From Neoechinorhynchus agilis (Eukaryota; Animalia; Acanthocephala): 64,000 nucleotides of DNA. This document shows positions 1 to 12,794 of this stretch, piece after piece; the stretch's first letter is position 1; each line of letters starts with the position of its first letter. Position numbers and translations under genes: made by a program. The DNA lies in contig CM121342.1 of assembly GCA_051530055.1 (NCBI GenBank), positions 9,005,480-9,069,479 on the forward strand, written 5' to 3'. The notes beneath the pieces were generated by a model, which ran no database searches, was not told the DNA's origin, and worked only from the letters and a program-made list of their open reading frames with translations.

Positions 1-1210
1 TAACCAGAGAAGCGATTGGGATAGCGTTGAGCCAAGCACCCGATTCTCTTGTAGGAACGGCCGCCAACCAAGTTCGGTTCACCAGGTCACGAGAATCTGA
101 AATTGAGGAGTTGTGAATTCTCACTACCAGGGATGAGTCCCAAATTGATTGTTTGCGACCATTGACGGGTAACTGCTCGCTGCCTGACAATAATTCTCGC
201 CAAGAACGGATTTAGCTACTTTGCGACTTGCCTCATACGATCGCAAATAAGCTGGCAGAGAAATATCGGCTGCTTTTCGGATACCTAAACCTCCGAACGA
301 GACAGGCAAGGACGCTTGTCCGACAGCTGAGTACTTAAAATTTTCTCGAGAGAGGCTTTCACCGTCTCGTCTAATTTTGCCAGCTTATCATTATGTCTAA
401 AAAAATGTGCAGTGTGCAGCTTATACAGCAGTTTTTGGATAAAGTGGGTGTTCGTGATCATGAACAGAGCCCCGGGTGAAGATAATTAATTAACTAGTTC
501 GCACAGCACCGAAAGTTGCGGCTGAAGATTGGCCTTAGAAGACTCAACCGGTCTGGAGTGATCAATTCTATCCCGGGGGCCAGGTTCTGAAAATATTTCA
601 CGATAGTTTGCCTGGTCGTTCCACGTTCATCACTAAAATCTCGCATTTCGCAGCATTCAATGCCAATTTTCGCCCTCGACTTCACGAGTGTCTCCAAATC
701 GCGCAGTACAACAGAAAGGTTACCTCCGAGCGTGACATCGTCCAGGTACCAGCCGTTAAGGCTGGACTGGAGAGAGTGCGCGACGAGATTGACTGTGAGT
801 GAGAAGGCCTAGGGCCCAAAGGATCCAATTGTTGAACTCCTCTTTCTGAACACAAAACCTGGTTATTGAAGAACAAGGGTGTCGGAATCCCATAGGCATT
901 AACGAAATAGCGAAATGCTTCTGGTGCGTGATCTCTAACTACTTCGAGCAAATCTGCTCGGTGAACTGTGTTGAATGCATTTTCGAAATCACATTTCAAG
1001 ATCACGCACGGCTAAGAGTTTCCGGTGATGAACGTGCGGAGTGAATAAACAATCGCATCTGCGCCACAAGGTGAACAGCAGCCCAACTGAGTAGCGCGAA
1101 GCAGCATCCCTACTTTTTCCGCGATCCTTTTTATCTTTTGCTGTTAAGCGGCGCACAGTTGTTCCAATTGTCATAAGAAACCTTCTTATTGGTTCGAGAA
1201 ACATTTGCAT
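1..1210 (-). mobile_element. Degraded CRE-like (RLE-type) non-LTR retrotransposon, RT region, running off the window start
   Basis: Fragmented ORFs give IGTTVRRLTAK, LKCDFENAFNTVHR, QQLDPLGP, a ..DDVTLGG catalytic motif and LPVSFGGLGIR; frameshifts and stops; same motifs as the 9.5-12.4 kb element. Confidence 0.85.
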
Positions 1211-1236
1211 TTATTTGAATGTTGTAGGAAATGATT

Positions 1237-2001
1237 TTAAAAAACCGCGCAGATTCCTTTAGGCGGCGCACAGTGCTTTTTGGCTGGGAATACTCGATGT
1301 GGCCATTTTCTACAAGCACAAAGGTACAATCCACTCCTATTAATGTCCGAGGAATTTCTCACATTGAATATAAGCAGCGGAGCATTCAAATAAACATGTG
1401 TTTTTTTGGAGTATTGTACGATATTGTCGATATTGGTTAGATCTATCTTATTTGAAATAAATCTAACTGATCGCTTACCACTGAGATGAAGAGCACGGCC
1501 TTTAAGTGTCAAATTCCCTCGTCCTTGCAATTGATTCGTGTAAAGATGTGGCAAATATGCGACTGAACAGTTCTTCATGGAAATCTTCTCTTGTTTTATA
1601 GCATATGGATCGTTTATCTTTATAAACACTCCTGAAGAGTTAATGACTAACGGACTTGGAGATTGCCCATCGCTGAATCGAATCTCCCCGTCAGTCACCG
1701 AATATTTATTGGTACTGTAGATGCGGCGGAATCGTTGTGGTGTATGAAGCAGATTTACTGACTGTGTCACCACTTTGCTATAATAAACCTTGAGTAATCT
1801 GGCACCTTCCCCTAGGCTGCCAACAAAATGTGAGTCGGGCAGTTGCCAATTGAATCTATGTAGTATTAACATCAACGAAGTTAAGTTCAATGAAGCCATA
1901 ACTAATAGGCAAACTGCTGCTAAAATTAACAACGTAGACTTCACATCATGAACAGGGCAATGCACATCAACGTCCCTATTGCTTTCCCCGTTTGACGACA
2001 T
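1237..2001 (-). CDS. Sarcoglycan family (beta/gamma/delta-like) type II membrane protein
   Basis: 254-aa ORF with short N-terminus, one TM segment (LLILAAVCLLVMASLNLTSLMLIL), beta-rich ectodomain and C-terminal Cys cluster (LYLCAC...HC...GIC); a small in-frame intron near 1440-1475 is possible. Confidence 0.6.
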   Translation of the reverse strand: MSSNGESNRDVDVHCPVHDVKSTLLILAAVCLLVMASLNLTSLMLILHRFNWQLPDSHFVGSLGEGARLLKVYYSKVVTQSVNLLHTPQRFRRIYSTNKYSVTDGEIRFSDGQSPSPLVINSSGVFIKINDPYAIKQEKISMKNCSVAYLPHLYTNQLQGRGNLTLKGRALHLSGKRSVRFISNKIDLTNIDNIVQYSKKTHVYLNAPLLIFNVRNSSDINRSGLYLCACRKWPHRVFPAKKHCAPPKGICAVF

Positions 2002-3451
2002 TTAGTGAATTTAAGTGTGTAGAAAAATCGTGCTTTAAATAGGAAAGAGAAGAGATTGAAATTTGATAGAGGCAATATTTAAATTTGACGGCTTTAATTT
2101 TGCAAAAGACGTGTTAATTTCTCACGTGTCTAATTCACTAAAGATTTATTGTTCTCACATTACTTTAATCCAAGATTGGAATCCATAAATAGCTTACATG
2201 CTTTTAAATTTATTTAAGGATGGATTTACATTATCGTGGTGGGTTCTTCGGGGAATTTAGGAAGGAAATGCAGATGAAGATGGCAAAGCACAAAAAAATT
2301 TGGCATTTGAACTCAAACGTCTAAGAAAACTGTAGATACTTTAAGAAATATTTCTTGACGTAAATATTGTCGATATAAGTTTGATATTTTTACTGAGCGC
2401 TTGACATAAACGGAGGTCTATAAAAAATTGAAGACTTCTTGAAACATTTATAAATTTCGAAAATGGCGCTTTCGCATTTGTAATGAGCTTCAAAGTGATG
2501 CAACTATCAGTGCAATCAACCAAGTGCGAATTTAATAATTAATGAAGAATACTAATCAGCTTGTTTTTAATCGGAACAAATTCCGCTTAAATTTGCAGTC
2601 CAGAATGTGAAATGATAGGTGCGTCCTTGCCCACCTTTGCAGCACTTAATAAATGATCGTCGTAGACCTAAATAATGTGGGTTTTCTTTAACAGTGAAAT
2701 ACAGAACAATTGATTGAACGAAAAGATGGTTAGACGAAGATATTTTTATTCGATTTATTAAAACTCACCTTCTAAGGAGACAAGGTTAAAATTCTTGCTA
2801 CTTTTAATAATTAGTGAATGTGGAAGTAAGTACCAAACCGATGGGTATCACATGTTTCTTTTTAATATCAAACACAGCACTTTAAACATTTAAAATACAA
2901 TTTGTAAAATGCGGAATTTAACTGCTTAAAGCCTAAAAGAACCAATCTTTTTTCAAGCTTTGATTAAATGAAGTTCAAATCAGATTACAGGCAAACATAA
3001 TGATGCCATCTTCACTATTTCTCCACATTTGATTTTTTGAGCAATTATTATGACGTTTAAGTTTATTAAAAAAATTTAAAAATATATATACAACTGGAAA
3101 TTGCGTTTTGCAGCTGGATCCAAAACTATTTTTCCATGTATAAATATCAAAATATATATTGGAATCGTAGTGTGTGTTAAGAGTTTCAAAAAAATGATAG
3201 AGGTTTCTGTGGTCCCTAAATGACATCGGAATATTCGCTGTTTCAGCTGAGGCTAACTTACCAAATAATGCTTAATAGCGGTCTTTTAATTTAGAAATTG
3301 TGGCAGGGCAACTTTGCGTTTATAAGGTCTATTGTCTTTATCGAAATAAACTGATGTTTTAATAGACTAGTGTCAAAATATGATGTTAAAATATAATTAC
3401 AACTCATTAAAAACTAGTTACCAGTATTTCAATATAGAACATTCCATTTAG

Positions 3452-3826
3452 ATTTTGTTGTGAGGCACCACACGGACGCCTCCTCGACAAGAAATCTGAT
3501 TTTGACGTTCAAAGAAGGAGATGTAGGAAATCTGACGTGTCCCGTAGCTCCCTTTACACCCATTGACCTGGTCGATTGGCATTTTAACGACCGTCAAATT
3601 AGCCAAGGAAATATTGTTTTATCACGAAGGCATCGAGTCGATCAGCTGACAATCGAAACAATCAGTCTTCTAATATATCCCCTTCAAATAAATGATTCTG
3701 GACGGTAAGACGGAAAATTAAAAAAGGATTGTAATAGCATTTAAAAAAATTGATTAAACCCTCAGGTACCTATGCATTGAACAAGAGTTTGGCGAGATCG
3801 ACGCGTTTGACTTATATGTAACTAGT
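3452..3826 (+). CDS. Exons encoding an immunoglobulin (V/I-set) domain; gene boundaries unresolved
   Basis: Splicing 3452-3704 to 3766-3826 (gtaag...ctcag) gives EGDVGNLTCPV..VDWHFND...LLIYPLQINDSGRYLC, the canonical Ig C-W-DxGxYxC pattern. Confidence 0.7.
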
Positions 3827-5298
3827 GAGTCTTCTATTAAAAGATGAATTTGGAAAAAATTCTTTGCATAGAATTCTGGCAATGCAGTCTGGCATCATGG
3901 AATACTGAAGACCTTTTCCTTCTCGTCGTGATTTCCTTGATAGATTGTCTGTGATCGTGGCTTTACAGCAAAAAGGACACAGAAGTTTAATCAAAAAACT
4001 TAATCAAAGTCATGACAAATCCGAATAAAACCTCTTTTTTCTGCGAGCGTAATTCAATTTAACTCGGATAGCAAGTAAATGGCTTTATTCAAAATTGTCA
4101 AATCGCAAAAAAAGCTATATAAACATTCCGTAAGTGTACTTAAAAATACAATGGATTTAATTTTAGTAGTCTGCAATCAACTTACGCGCAATTTTAATTA
4201 CCGTCTAAAATCCAGATACGAAGTCCGAATGCGTAAACCTGAGATAAATCAATAAAAATAGATGGGTATTGATTTTTAATTTCTAAATTTCGTTCATTAC
4301 CCAATTATAAACGTTACACGCCCGAGGAATGGAAGCTGTACCTTGAATTAAAAATTTGTATTTAATTTTAAAAATAAATCAGTTGATCTTAAAGGCTAAT
4401 GTGCACAATCAGGAATATTTTTAGCATTAAACGTCAACAATGTATAATCTGTATGCCAAAATTCGTCATTTTAAAATCTCATCGGATTACAATGGTAATG
4501 AGCTACAAAGACCAAAGATCTTTGTTAGATTTCGGAAAGGGGGTGTTGAAAATACTATTCTGATTTTTATTAACATTTTTCGATTAAAAAATGCGTTTCT
4601 GATTTTTGGTAAATTTATGAAAACCGGTAAACCAAGAGAGATTAGCAAGTTTTCGAAATGCGACAAGGCACTTACAAAAAATTAATAAAAAGGAAACGCC
4701 ATTCTGACTTCTTGTTCGTAAGCAAACCGAATTTCCGGAATAGAGAATGAAAAATTAACTCAAAGTCAATAAAAAATTATTTGGGCACTCTTCAATATCT
4801 ATTAAACGAATATTTTAAGAAAAAAAACAATGAATAAAGTGATTTTTTAGAAGAGGGAGAAAAAAGAGCGATACTTTTGAAGCAACATTTTTGAAATCAT
4901 GGATAGCCGTCCTTTCGACCGTTACACCACGGCGGCAGCTGAGTGATCCAGAAAGGCGGTGGTGTGAATGATTTTATGGCTTAATCTGAAACTACACAAA
5001 GAACGCTATAAAAAAGACATAAAAAACAAATTATTGACGGACTTTAAAGGAAGAAAACAATATTAAAGTGGGTGGTAAATATATTCTGGCATCTATTGCC
5101 AATGCCTAAACTTTTTAGGAAAACCTCTCGCAATCTTGTTCTAAGACCGAGTTGTTAGCGCTCTAACGCTATATCAATCGCGGTTTCTTTCTTGTGAAAC
5201 AGCGAGAGAATGTTAAATGGGCACCTTTAAAGTTGAATTCCATTCTGAAAATCGTATTTCTCATAAATTACACCAAAAATCTGTCTGAACCATTTTTC

Positions 5299-5312
5299 GT
5301 AACCATGGCAAC
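5299..5312. promoter_or_regulatory. X-box (RFX binding site) GTAACCATGGCAAC
   Basis: Close match to the RFX consensus GTNRCCATGGYAAC, 48 bp before ATG 5360. Confidence 0.65.
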
Positions 5313-5359
5313 GGTTTTAAGAAATGCACGAAACCCAAAGTTTGAGCAAGGAAAACACC

Positions 5360-5861
5360 ATGGAAAGGAGCGTTATTGAAAAAACTGAGCCAGAAATTCA
5401 CTTAACCGAACACTTTTCGGTTCAAACGGACAAAAGCGATGATAACAATCACGACGAGGAAAGCTGTTCTACTCGAGAAGAGTACAAGCCGGACGACGAT
5501 TCCGCCATGAATTGTGAGTGTTTTTTGTCTAAAAAATTGAATTGCTGAGAAATAACGTTCGCATCGAACAGCAGACACCTCGGGATCGGACGAAGAAAAA
5601 GACGTCCGGCCTTCGGTCCGAGTGGCAACAGGAAAAACAATGGCTGAAAAGCTAACGGTAAGTCTGAGTTGCGATTATGTGATTATCCAGACAAGTGCAC
5701 TTCCTCTCAGTCGCAGACATTTACCTTTAATGGCATCACTCGAGGTAGACGGAGGCGCAGGTACGCTCGAGTGTGCAATCTTTCGAAAACGATTATTAGA
5801 TTCGTTTCAGACCGGCGCAGTCGAATTCGTTTCAATATTTTATTATTTCACACGCTCTTGA
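5360..5861 (+). CDS. Orphan spliced gene with an acidic N-terminus
   Basis: ATG 5360 (MERSVIEKTEPE...), gtgagt donor near 5514, gtaagt...tccag intron 5658-5690, frame can be kept open; no family recognised. Confidence 0.35.
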
Positions 5862-6411
5862 CAAATGTCTAGAGGAAACCAATTTAATTATTAATTTTTT
5901 TCTTGATTTAAAATTCGTCATTAGTTCATGAATTGTAATTCGTTGATTTTGTAGCCTTGAACTTTAAAAAAATGTGCATTTTTTTCAAACCAGAAAACTT
6001 GTGCTTCTCTTTATTTTTGAAATAATCTCTTTTTTTAACTATTCGTCATAAAAATTATGCACTTTAAATGCAAACGTAAAAAATACTGTCGTTTTATTTC
6101 TCAAAATTGCGCCTAAACGCAAGCTTGGCCTTTGTCGCATTCTGATTGGCTGCAACCTAAACCGTCGCCATGCACTCTTTTTTGCTCCTTAAAGTAAAAT
6201 CTTTCAATTTCTCTGTGCACTGGTTTCCACGGCGATTTCTCGTTCTAAACTCCATTTCAATAGAGTATTCTGTCACCTTTCTCGTTACCGACTTAACCAA
6301 TCAAGCGCTGTCGTTTCCACCGAAGTTAAATGCAAAAGCGACACGGCGCTCTTGTATGTGGAATCGCACGACACCTCCACTTTCCCAATACCACCTCCCC
6401 TGCTATCGAAA

Positions 6412-8491
6412 ATGAATAATTTCACTTGTTGTCGAGCTTCCAATGCGACGACCTGCACTACTGGATCAAGCGCCGGTGCCAACAACACGTTACCACACAA
6501 CCTCTTGCCAGCCAATCATCAAGTTCCGTTAACATTGACTACCCGGGCATCGCCAGCAACGGTTTGTTTCTAGCTCATTGTCTCACACATTTTGTTTCCA
6601 TGAATATCCACTTATCAACGATCTTACCCAATGAGCAGGTTGCATGGATTCTGGACAACTTTGAGCCTTCGGAAGGATCCAGTCTCAAACGAAGCGTTCT
6701 TTTCAACCTTTACCGAGAACATTGCCTTAACGAAGGCAGCGAGCCCATAAATGCGGCCTCGTTCGGTAAACTAATCCGATCGGTTTTTGTTGGAATAAAA
6801 ACGCGACGCCTTGGGACACGGGGAAATTCAAAATATCATTATTACGGAGTCAAGGTTTCGGATCGATCACCATTGAAAAATCGAGCCGAATTTCAGTGTG
6901 AAGAATGGCTTCCTGACAATCGAAGAGTCCAAAATCGAAATTCGTATGGTCAAATTAAAGTAGAACAACCAAATGTAGACGCAACTACAATGAAACAAGA
7001 ACCAACATTTTATCCCAATTTTGATTTGGCAACAATGAACGATGCGTTTCACGTCGAATGTCGGAATTCTCACGCGACAAGTGCCTTTCTGATGACCAAC
7101 CAGCAAATTAGCGAAGCTGGACAATTTATAGCTTCATATAAACAGCATCTAAAGGTTTTTACTTCTCTATTTCAGAGATGCGAATTTGACTCTTAAGTTT
7201 TAAACGTTAGTGATATTTTTCGAATTTTGCCAGCATCAAAAATTCTTTACGTGTTTTAAAAACACTCAATTCATCTTGAATCTTTAATAAGTTTAATTTA
7301 GGACCTTACAAATGCCGTACTAAACAAATATTGCAATCAAGTTGGATATATTATCCACAATTTTTGGCAGATTTATCGACCAGGTATTTTCACGAAGCCT
7401 CCCATTCGTCATTTAGTTTTCTTAGTCGAACAGATTTCGAGTTCGGGTAATTTTGAGAATCGACCATCCGCAGATTCGAATAACTGCGTTCATATTAGTG
7501 GACTATCGGTGTCTCAAATCAATGAATTACTAAACAACGATCAGATTCTAGCGATTCTCCGAAGACTCGAACGACGCACAAATCAGACAATAGCTCAGAT
7601 CTTGATTCCGGATCCTCTTCGGCTCCAGATGAAGGAATGCGAAAACGATCTTGGTTCGTTCATTGACAGATTCGCCGAATGGAGTAGAGCGGCTGTTACG
7701 GCAACACCGTCAAAATTCCAGAATATAAAAGTTGAAAATTCATTCCACTTGGTTGTTACAGTAAACAATCGAATAAATATTGCTCGCCTTCTGACTCGTG
7801 CGGCGTCTGAAATCCGCTCTCCAATGTCTTTGAGCAACATAACTGCCGATTTCGAGAGCCTGAATCGAAATCTGATAGCAGCGTCCATATGTTGGACTAT
7901 TGAAGACGATCCCAGGTTTATTGGAAACATGGACGAGAACATTAGTCTGTATTTAAAAAGTTCTCAAAGTATCGATAGTTGCGTAAGGCGGTTGCTGGGA
8001 TACGGATTCGCATTTGCGGAGAGATTTCGAGCGGAGCCGCGTGAGTACCAGCGGGCATGCCGAACGATGGTGAACAATTGGAATTCGTATTCGTCCTCGT
8101 TATTGAAAAGTTTTCTCATCACGGCACCTGATAGCTGCACATTTTTCGGTTCACTTTTGAGCGGAATGGGTAATTATTTGCTTCAGGAAATGGCATTCAA
8201 GCACGAGACGGCTATGCCTCTGCTTTCGGCCGACCAAATGGATTTAACGAAAATGTGTATCTTTTAAGCGTCTGCTTCTATGAAAAAGATCCGCACTTCG
8301 TAGCTAATGCGATCATGATATCATCGGTTCCTCACCAATATTTACAGCCAATACATCAGAATCCAGCAAACGGAACTTCTTTCTACAACCAACAGCACAG
8401 TTTTCACAACTTAATTGACGGTCAGCAGCGGTGTTATGCGGCTGATAATGACATAACGAACGGACCGAAACGTGCAAGATGGGAAGGTTGA
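6412..8491 (+). CDS. RFX: RFX transcription factor (RFX1/2/3-like)
   Basis: Exon 1 ends TRASPAT; intron 6562-6638; exon 2 VAWILDNFEPSEG...PINAASFGKLIRSVFVGIKTRRLGTRGNSKYHYYG is the RFX winged-helix DBD; B/C/dimerisation-like regions follow; further introns 7155-7301 and 8257-8303. Confidence 0.95.
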
Positions 8492-8654
8492 TCGATTGAA
8501 AAAAACGGCAATCGTCTTCGATTGATGACCATACTGAATTCCAGAATGTTCTCGCTCAAAATAAATTGTTTTTTGCGAGTAGAAACAATTATAGGATAAA
8601 GACGGTTCTACTTTTTTGTAAATACCAGAAAAAGTTTTAATTTCAACATGAAGG

Positions 8655-8735
8655 TCTTCTCCCGGTAAAGAATTTTTTATTAAAAACGTTTCGAACATCG
8701 TTGTTTTCATCATCGGCATTTTAGTTAATGGTAAA
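8655..8735 (-). repeat. Dispersed hammerhead-like / Penelope-terminus motif, degenerate core
   Basis: Minus strand reads CCGATGA-T-GAAAAC..GTTC-GAAAC-GTTTTT-AATAAA..TTCTTTACCGGG; related copies at 30.7, 33.7, 39.2 and 59.1 kb. Confidence 0.6.
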
Positions 8736-8893
8736 GACATAAACAAGAATTCTAGTTTAAATGTTCTTTATTGATTTGCTAATTTTATCTGGCTTTCGAC
8801 TTTTATCGTTCATAAGAGTTAGTTTTGATCCTAATTCCTATGATTATTATTTTTCTAAAATCTACAATGTTTTGTAGGAAATACAGATTTATT

Positions 8894-8907
8894 GTATCCA
8901 TGGCAAC
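8894..8907. promoter_or_regulatory. X-box GTATCCATGGCAAC upstream of the Tctex-1-like gene
   Basis: RFX consensus match 37 bp before ATG 8944. Confidence 0.65.
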
Positions 8908-8943
8908 ACGTTTTTAACAAAATTCAAATTACGATCTTTCCAA

Positions 8944-9291
8944 ATGGGTATTAGCGACGATCAGTTGGAAAAGATCGTAAAGCGAAACATACGTGAGGTC
9001 ATTGGACCAAATTATAAATTCGATCCAATGACGGTACAGGAAACTCAAGATATTTTATCCAATCGCATTTTAAAGCATTTAAGTTCGCACTCCGATTACA
9101 AAAACAATTACGTCATCAAATACGGGATAACGATTGTTATGGATCGTCTTGAAAATCCTTGTCTACGAAGACTGAGTAGCTACATTAACACGGACGACAA
9201 CTGTAAAGTGAAAAAGTATAATTTTTCTTGGAAAAACGCTCATTTGAGCGCGGATGTTATAATTTGTGCGATTGAATGTTCAGTCGTATAA
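8944..9291 (+). CDS. Divergent Tctex-1 family dynein light chain
   Basis: 115 aa, intronless; pattern QLEKIVKRNIREVIG..KY.ITIVM..SWKNAHLSADVIICAI parallels Tctex-1 (VSNIVKEAIESAIG..KYIVTCVIM..RWENKTMYCIVSAF). Confidence 0.65.
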   Translation: MGISDDQLEKIVKRNIREVIGPNYKFDPMTVQETQDILSNRILKHLSSHSDYKNNYVIKYGITIVMDRLENPCLRRLSSYINTDDNCKVKKYNFSWKNAHLSADVIICAIECSVV

Positions 9292-9452
9292 AAATTTAAT
9301 TTTCGATGATGGAATTTCGGGGAGTTATTATTATGCAAATGATGCTGTCGTGCTTCGTAAAAAAAAGAAAACAAGCAAAAACTTACAAGCAAATCCACTT
9401 ATATTGAAATTTTATACCACAGGTAATTTAAGTGGGAATAAAACACTTTAAC

Positions 9453-9506
9453 AATATCCAATACAAACAAACTGCTGAAGAAGATCCTAGTTTGGATCGA
9501 AATATT
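9453..9506 (+). ncRNA. Candidate type III hammerhead ribozyme
   Basis: AATAT-C(9458)-CA..TG-CTGAAGA-A-GATCC/TAGTTT/GGATC-GAAA-TATT: intact core, 5-bp stems II and III, AUC triplet; stem I is only about 2 bp. Confidence 0.5.
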
Positions 9507-12475
9507 CAACCGCCAGCGGACAACGACTCAGAGAACTTTCAAGAATCTGAGGCTTAGACTTCCCGTCGAAACATCATCGTTCCATCATAAGTAAAAAATC
9601 TAAACACGGAGGCAGATCTCTTCCCTTCGCCCACTTCGCCCTCGATTTCGACTCGCTGTACTGTATGCGATCGCGTCATAGGCGTGACGATAAGTGGGCT
9701 CATTCGAAAACATGGCCCGGTACGATCCCGAATCCCTGGATCTTCCCTTCCACCAGTGTTGGACAAACCTTTTATCATCGACAGTCTCGAAACTCAAAAT
9801 GTGATGAAGCGCCTCTTACAATATCTTCCAAAAACGGTCTTGAAGAGGATTCCAAAAGGAGCCAGGAATGGCTGCTGTGAAATGGTCTTCTAAGCTGCTG
9901 GCAAACTGCCTATCTGAACCGACGAATACAAACTATTCACGTTTATTCGCCTTTCCAAAATTGGTTCTGAGTACTAGCCGTGACCCCGAGTCCAACCTCA
10001 CGACCACCATCAAGCAGCGGATAACCAATTTTGATCGACTTTTTGAGGAGGCTGTGACGAAAAGTTACAATAATCAAACTCTTGCCAAGAAACGTCCAGA
10101 AGGACCCTTCGGCCGTCCTTATAATTTGAGTAATAGGATTTCTGCCAAATTGGCAGACGCAGATGTCCGTGGAGCGGTCAGGTTACTCAGTTCCACAGCT
10201 ACGTTTGCGGACAACGACCGCTCGACACTGGAGGCGTTGAGAAGTAAGCATCCTTCAGCTTTGCCACCGATTTTGCCCTGGATACCGGAAAAGTCGCGTC
10301 AATCGACGAGGTGCACGCGGGAGGAACTTAGATGTGCTGTATCCTCGTTCCCCAATGGGTCGGGACATGGACCCGACGGACTTCGACCCCAACACATCAA
10401 GGATATGTTGGGATTTGGAACGGGAGTGATGGGAATGAAGCTCGAAACCGAACTCGTTAAATCATTAATGGACCTCTCCCACTTGAAGCAACGAATTTTC
10501 TATTCTCGGCATCTCTTTGCGCCCTTTCCAAATCAAACGGAGATATTCGTCCGATAGCTGTGGGCTGCACTCTAAGACGTTTGGCAGGGAAGATTTTGTG
10601 TAAGCGACTGAGCGAAAGTGTAGGTGGGCAACTCAGACCTTTTCAGTTGGGCTGCTGTACTCCATGTGGAGCAGAAGCGATAGTGCGCTCCACACGTACC
10701 TATATCGACGCCTCTGCCACCCCAACGGTCGTCCTAAAAGTCGATTTTTCGAACGCCTTTAATACAGTCGATCGAACAGCCTTGCTAAGTACCATTGCTC
10801 GAGAATTACCTGAAGCCTATGAATACTTTGTGAAGGCGTATGGTTCTAAGACACCTCTACATTTCAACGAGCACGCCATTTGGTCCGAAACAGGTCTGCA
10901 ACAAGGCGATCCTCTCGGCCCCATAGGATTTTCCTTAACAACCAATGGAATATATCGTAAGCTCAAGGCAAGTTTGAACGTCTGGTACTTGGATGACGCG
11001 ACATTGGGCGGTGACCCAAAGACGGTTCTAGAAGACCTGCAATCCCCGCTTGTTTCTGCTGCGGAATTGGGCTCACGTGTCAACCCCGCGAAGTGTGAAG
11101 TATTGCCACTAAATATTTCACATTCTCGCATGGCGGATACAATGCAGTCCTTCGAATCCTTTGCCCCAGGAATCCGATTAATCAACCGGCAAAGCTTCAC
11201 TCTTCTCGGCAGTTGCGTCCTGGATGCGAACATAGATCGCGAGATTGAAGAAGAGCTCCCTAAACTGGATCTTTTGTGCTCCCGCGTTCAAGAATTGAAT
11301 GCACACGAAGCTCTTTTCTTGGTGAGAAACTGCCTATACATACCGAAGCTTATGTTCAAGATGAGAGCAGCCCCGTACTTCCGACACACCAAACGTCTCC
11401 TTGACTTAGATGATTTGATGAAAAAGCATCTTGAGAAGGTAACGAACTGCGCCATCACTGATGAAGCTTGGCAACAAGCTGCCCTTCCGATCAAATACGG
11501 AGGTTTAGGCTTACGAAGTGTGGCTGGTTTGGCCCTTCCGGCATTCGTATCCTCGATGCACAAGACGGAGGAATTACAGGGGGAAATTCTTTTAAACAGA
11601 ATGCCGAAGCCATGCAAACTATTGAAACAGGGAGTCACATCATGGCTCTCGCAGACCGGTCTGCAACAAGCTCCAACCAACGCGCACGAACAATCTGCTT
11701 GGGATAAACCCTTAATCCTGACGGCTCACAACAAACTAAAAGGCCAGATGGACGAGATGTCTCAAGCTAGACTTGTGGCCAGTTCCTCGAAGGAGTCAGG
11801 CGCATGGTTGAACGTTTTGCCAATTGGTACTTTGGGAACTTTGCTGGACGACGAGACAGTTCGAATAGCCGTCGCTCTACGTTTAGGACTTCAAACCTGT
11901 GCCCCACACCAGTGCCGATGTGGAATAAAAGTTGACGTGCTTGGGAGACATGGACTCTACTGCAAGAGATCGAGCGGTCGTTTCCCAAGGCACGCAGAGC
12001 TCTGAACTCGATCCACGTTCCAACCATCCTGGAGCCCAATCACCTCTGTCGCTCGGATGGTAAGCGTCCCGACGGTATAACCGTTTTCCCTTGGAAAGAA
12101 GGGAAGAGTCTAATTTGGGACGCAACATGCGTGGACTCACTCGCCATGTCCAACCGGCAAGATGCTTTAGCGGAGACGGGAGGAGCAGCGAGTGCCGCCG
12201 AAAGGAGGAAAGCGGAGAAATACAGTGAGCTGAAACAAAATTACATTTTCCTTCCTTTCGGCGTGGAGACACAAGGGGCGCTGGGATCTTCGGCACGAAG
12301 CTTTTGTGCCGAACTCGGACGACGACTTGCAGCACAAACAGGGGAGCGACGCGAGAGGATTTTCCTGATCCAAAGAATAAGCCTCGCAATCCAACGAGGA
12401 AATGCGGTTAGCGTCCGGGGGACGATTTAATCATTTTTTAATTGCACAAAACACGCTTGAATAAAAATATTCTTT
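9500..12475 (+). mobile_element. Near-full-length CRE-like RLE non-LTR retrotransposon with frameshifts
   Basis: N-terminal CTVC..VT..G.IRKHGP, VLKRIPKGAR, GPDGLRP, RT (LKVDFSNAFN, QGDPLGP, YLDD), zinc knuckle CRCG..GRHGLYC..RH, RLE (KRPDG..WDATCVD..AERRKAEKY..FGVET..QRGNA); AATAAA at about 12459. Confidence 0.92.
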
Positions 12476-12554
12476 GCCATTTCCACTATACTAAAAGTTA
12501 AATTATGGAATTTAATTTGAATTTTTACTTTTATTTACGTTAGTTTCGAAGTGG

Positions 12555-12735
12555 GAAGCAGATCGCATACTGCGCAGCACGAAGAAACTGGATATAATGG
12601 GAATTCGCCGACGAGGAAGGCGGAAGAAGCGATGGGTGGATTGCATCAAACAGGATAAATTGGTTGTCGAGGGAACCTCAACCGCTCAAGAGAGAGAAAA
12701 ATGCACGAGTTAGAAGAAGATTCATAGAGCGGTCA
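12555..12735 (+). mobile_element. RTE-clade LINE 3' fragment
   Basis: Translates ILRSTKKLDIMGIRRRGRRKKRWVDCIKQD, the G.R.RGRP.KRW.D.I..D tail typical of RTE elements. Confidence 0.6.
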
Positions 12736-12794
12736 CTAGAAAGAGCGTCTAAATTTTGAGAAAGGTAAATTTTTTTATTTTTTTAAATAATAAC

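Noticed and set aside
1140-1275. 17-nt similarity (TTA.GCGGCGCACAGT) between the sarcoglycan 3' end and the adjacent CRE fragment
   Set aside because: Too short to separate from chance, and the sarcoglycan Cys pattern explains its own sequence
10817-12394. Minus-strand ORFs overlapping the CRE element
   Set aside because: Antisense shadows of the RT/RLE coding sequence with no independent motifs
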